Source: Centruroides sculpturatus (taxonomy: Eukaryota). From it: a DNA stretch of 10,758 nt. The stretch's first letter is position 1. Every line of letters starts with the position of its first letter. Shown here one piece after another: positions 9,833 through 10,758 of this stretch. Under the pieces are notes generated by a model. It saw nothing but the letters and a program-made list of their open reading frames with translations. It made no database searches and had not been told where the DNA came from. Both the position numbers and the translations under genes were made by a program. The stretch lies in NCBI RefSeq assembly GCF_000671375.1, contig NW_019385413.1, positions 133,135-143,892 on the forward strand. Reading direction: 5' to 3'.

Positions 9833-10173
9833 ATAACAGTCTGATTTTACTTTCTGCTGTGTCAGTAGTGCCAGTATTGGTACCACAAATAGTCAGTCCG
9901 GTAAAATTTTGTTTTTAATTTAATTGCACAAGAAGTGAAGCTTAATAAAATATTTTAAAATTCTGTAATAAAGATAAATGTAATTTTGTAGTTATTTTTA
10001 GACTAAATATGGTCTTTGCATTATCTGTGTTTTATTATAAACACCTAAATTGCCCGAATTTGATTGGGAGTTTCTTACAAATAAAGCACCTAGGGTTTAC
10101 TTACATTATGCATGTTTACTAGATACTCGCCAATATTTTAATTCGCGAAAGAGTGAACGAGTTTACGCACACC

Positions 10174-10189
10174 CACACACACACACACA
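10174..10189. repeat. (CA)n microsatellite of about 8 units.
   Basis: ACCCACACACACACACACAG read directly from the sequence. Confidence 0.8.
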
Positions 10190-10224
10190 GCGAGTACCAA
10201 TTACACTGGGCTAATAAATTCACT

Positions 10225-10362
10225 TGCCAGGCACGAACTTTCGTGTTTTCGTGCTTGGCTAACAAGCTGGTGAGGTGGATTTTCCGGGTTATCTTCTCGT
10301 TATCTAACGTAATATGATTCAGTTTCCCGTAGACACCCCCCCCTAGACAGATCGCCACGTGT
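10225..10362 (+). repeat. Interspersed repeat copy B, homologous to 5050-5200. It is preceded by a short hairpin GCCAGGCACGAA…TTCGTGCTTGGC at 10226-10259.
   Basis: See copy A. The 87-aa ORF 10119..10382 (-) lies over this repeat and is therefore unlikely to be a gene. Confidence 0.55.
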
Positions 10363-10758
10363 AAACAAATAAACCAAACCAAATTGCTTGCAATTCTCTT
10401 ATTACTCGGTAGTAGCAGGGTACAATACGCTTCAGTGTTGCTAGCAGTGGCGTAATTCCACTACGCATAGCTATTTTTAGCCCGTTTAATCGGCGTAATG
10501 ACGGCAGTGCAAAATTAATATAAAAGTAACTATAATCGTTGCAAAAAAGATTATTTTATGCACATTTCGAATTTTAACCAAACTATAGCGACTAAGAGAA
10601 AGGGAAATCTTTGATTAACTTTTTCATATGTTTCTCCTTCTCTTGTTTTCCTCCACACCATCTTCAAGTATTTTTTCTGAATAGAAACAAATATAATTTT
10701 CGCCTGAACTACTTTATTAAAAATCGTTACTTTAGAGATTTTCCTAGTTAGAGCGTAA

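Larger units (their letters stand above)
10100..10758. promoter_or_regulatory. CpG-rich block with a canonical TATA box (TATAAAAG at 10519-10526). It is a candidate promoter, 5' region or CpG island of a neighbouring gene. The strand and the gene are unknown.
   Basis: It holds many CpG dinucleotides (ATTCGCGAAAGAGTGAACGAGTTTACGCAC, TCGGCGTAATGACGGCAG, TTCGAA, AGCGAC…), whereas most of the window is CpG-poor. TATAAAAG matches the TATA-box consensus. No long ORF follows within the window. Confidence 0.25.

Noticed and set aside
10119-10382. 87-aa ORF (-) with a Cys/Val-rich run
   Set aside because: It sits on the (CA)n microsatellite (giving the CVCVWVCV run) and on the interspersed repeat copy B, so it is an artefact of repeat sequence and not a gene.
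10380-10520. Possible small RNA gene (tRNA or snRNA) in the CpG-rich block
   Set aside because: I looked for a tRNA B-box (GGTTCGANTCC), a U6-like core (GTGCTCGCTTCGGCAGCACATATACTAAAATTGGAAC) and plausible cloverleaf pairing, and found none. Only a short AGTGG…CCACT stem is present, which is not enough to call an RNA gene.

Overview
This is AT-rich (roughly 25-30% GC), intron-bearing eukaryotic DNA, most likely from an invertebrate animal. It is not a prokaryotic locus. I see no operons, CRISPR array, rRNA or tRNA genes, and no defence-system-like gene cluster.

The one confident gene is the 5' end of a major vault protein (MVP) gene on the minus strand. It has two coding exons, at 2290-2432 (including the start ATG) and 62-257. 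These are joined by a phase-2 GT..AG intron of about 2 kb, and their translation aligns residue-for-residue with the N-terminus of vertebrate MVP. The rest of the gene runs off the low-coordinate edge of the window.

The remaining ~8.3 kb (2433-10758) lies upstream of MVP and is rich in repeats:
- a 155-bp Stowaway-like MITE with TA target-site duplications (7181-7335);
- a 44-bp perfect palindrome (6516-6559);
- a 68-nt near-perfect hairpin (4983-5050) that directly precedes a GC-richer interspersed repeat, which has a second, diverged copy at about 10225-10362;
- a young 81-bp tandem duplication (9304-9465);
- several smaller hairpins and short microsatellites.

The last ~650 bp (10100-10758) is a CpG-rich block containing a canonical TATAAAAG, which may be the promoter or 5' end of a neighbouring gene. 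None of the six-frame ORFs other than the MVP exon looks like a real protein.
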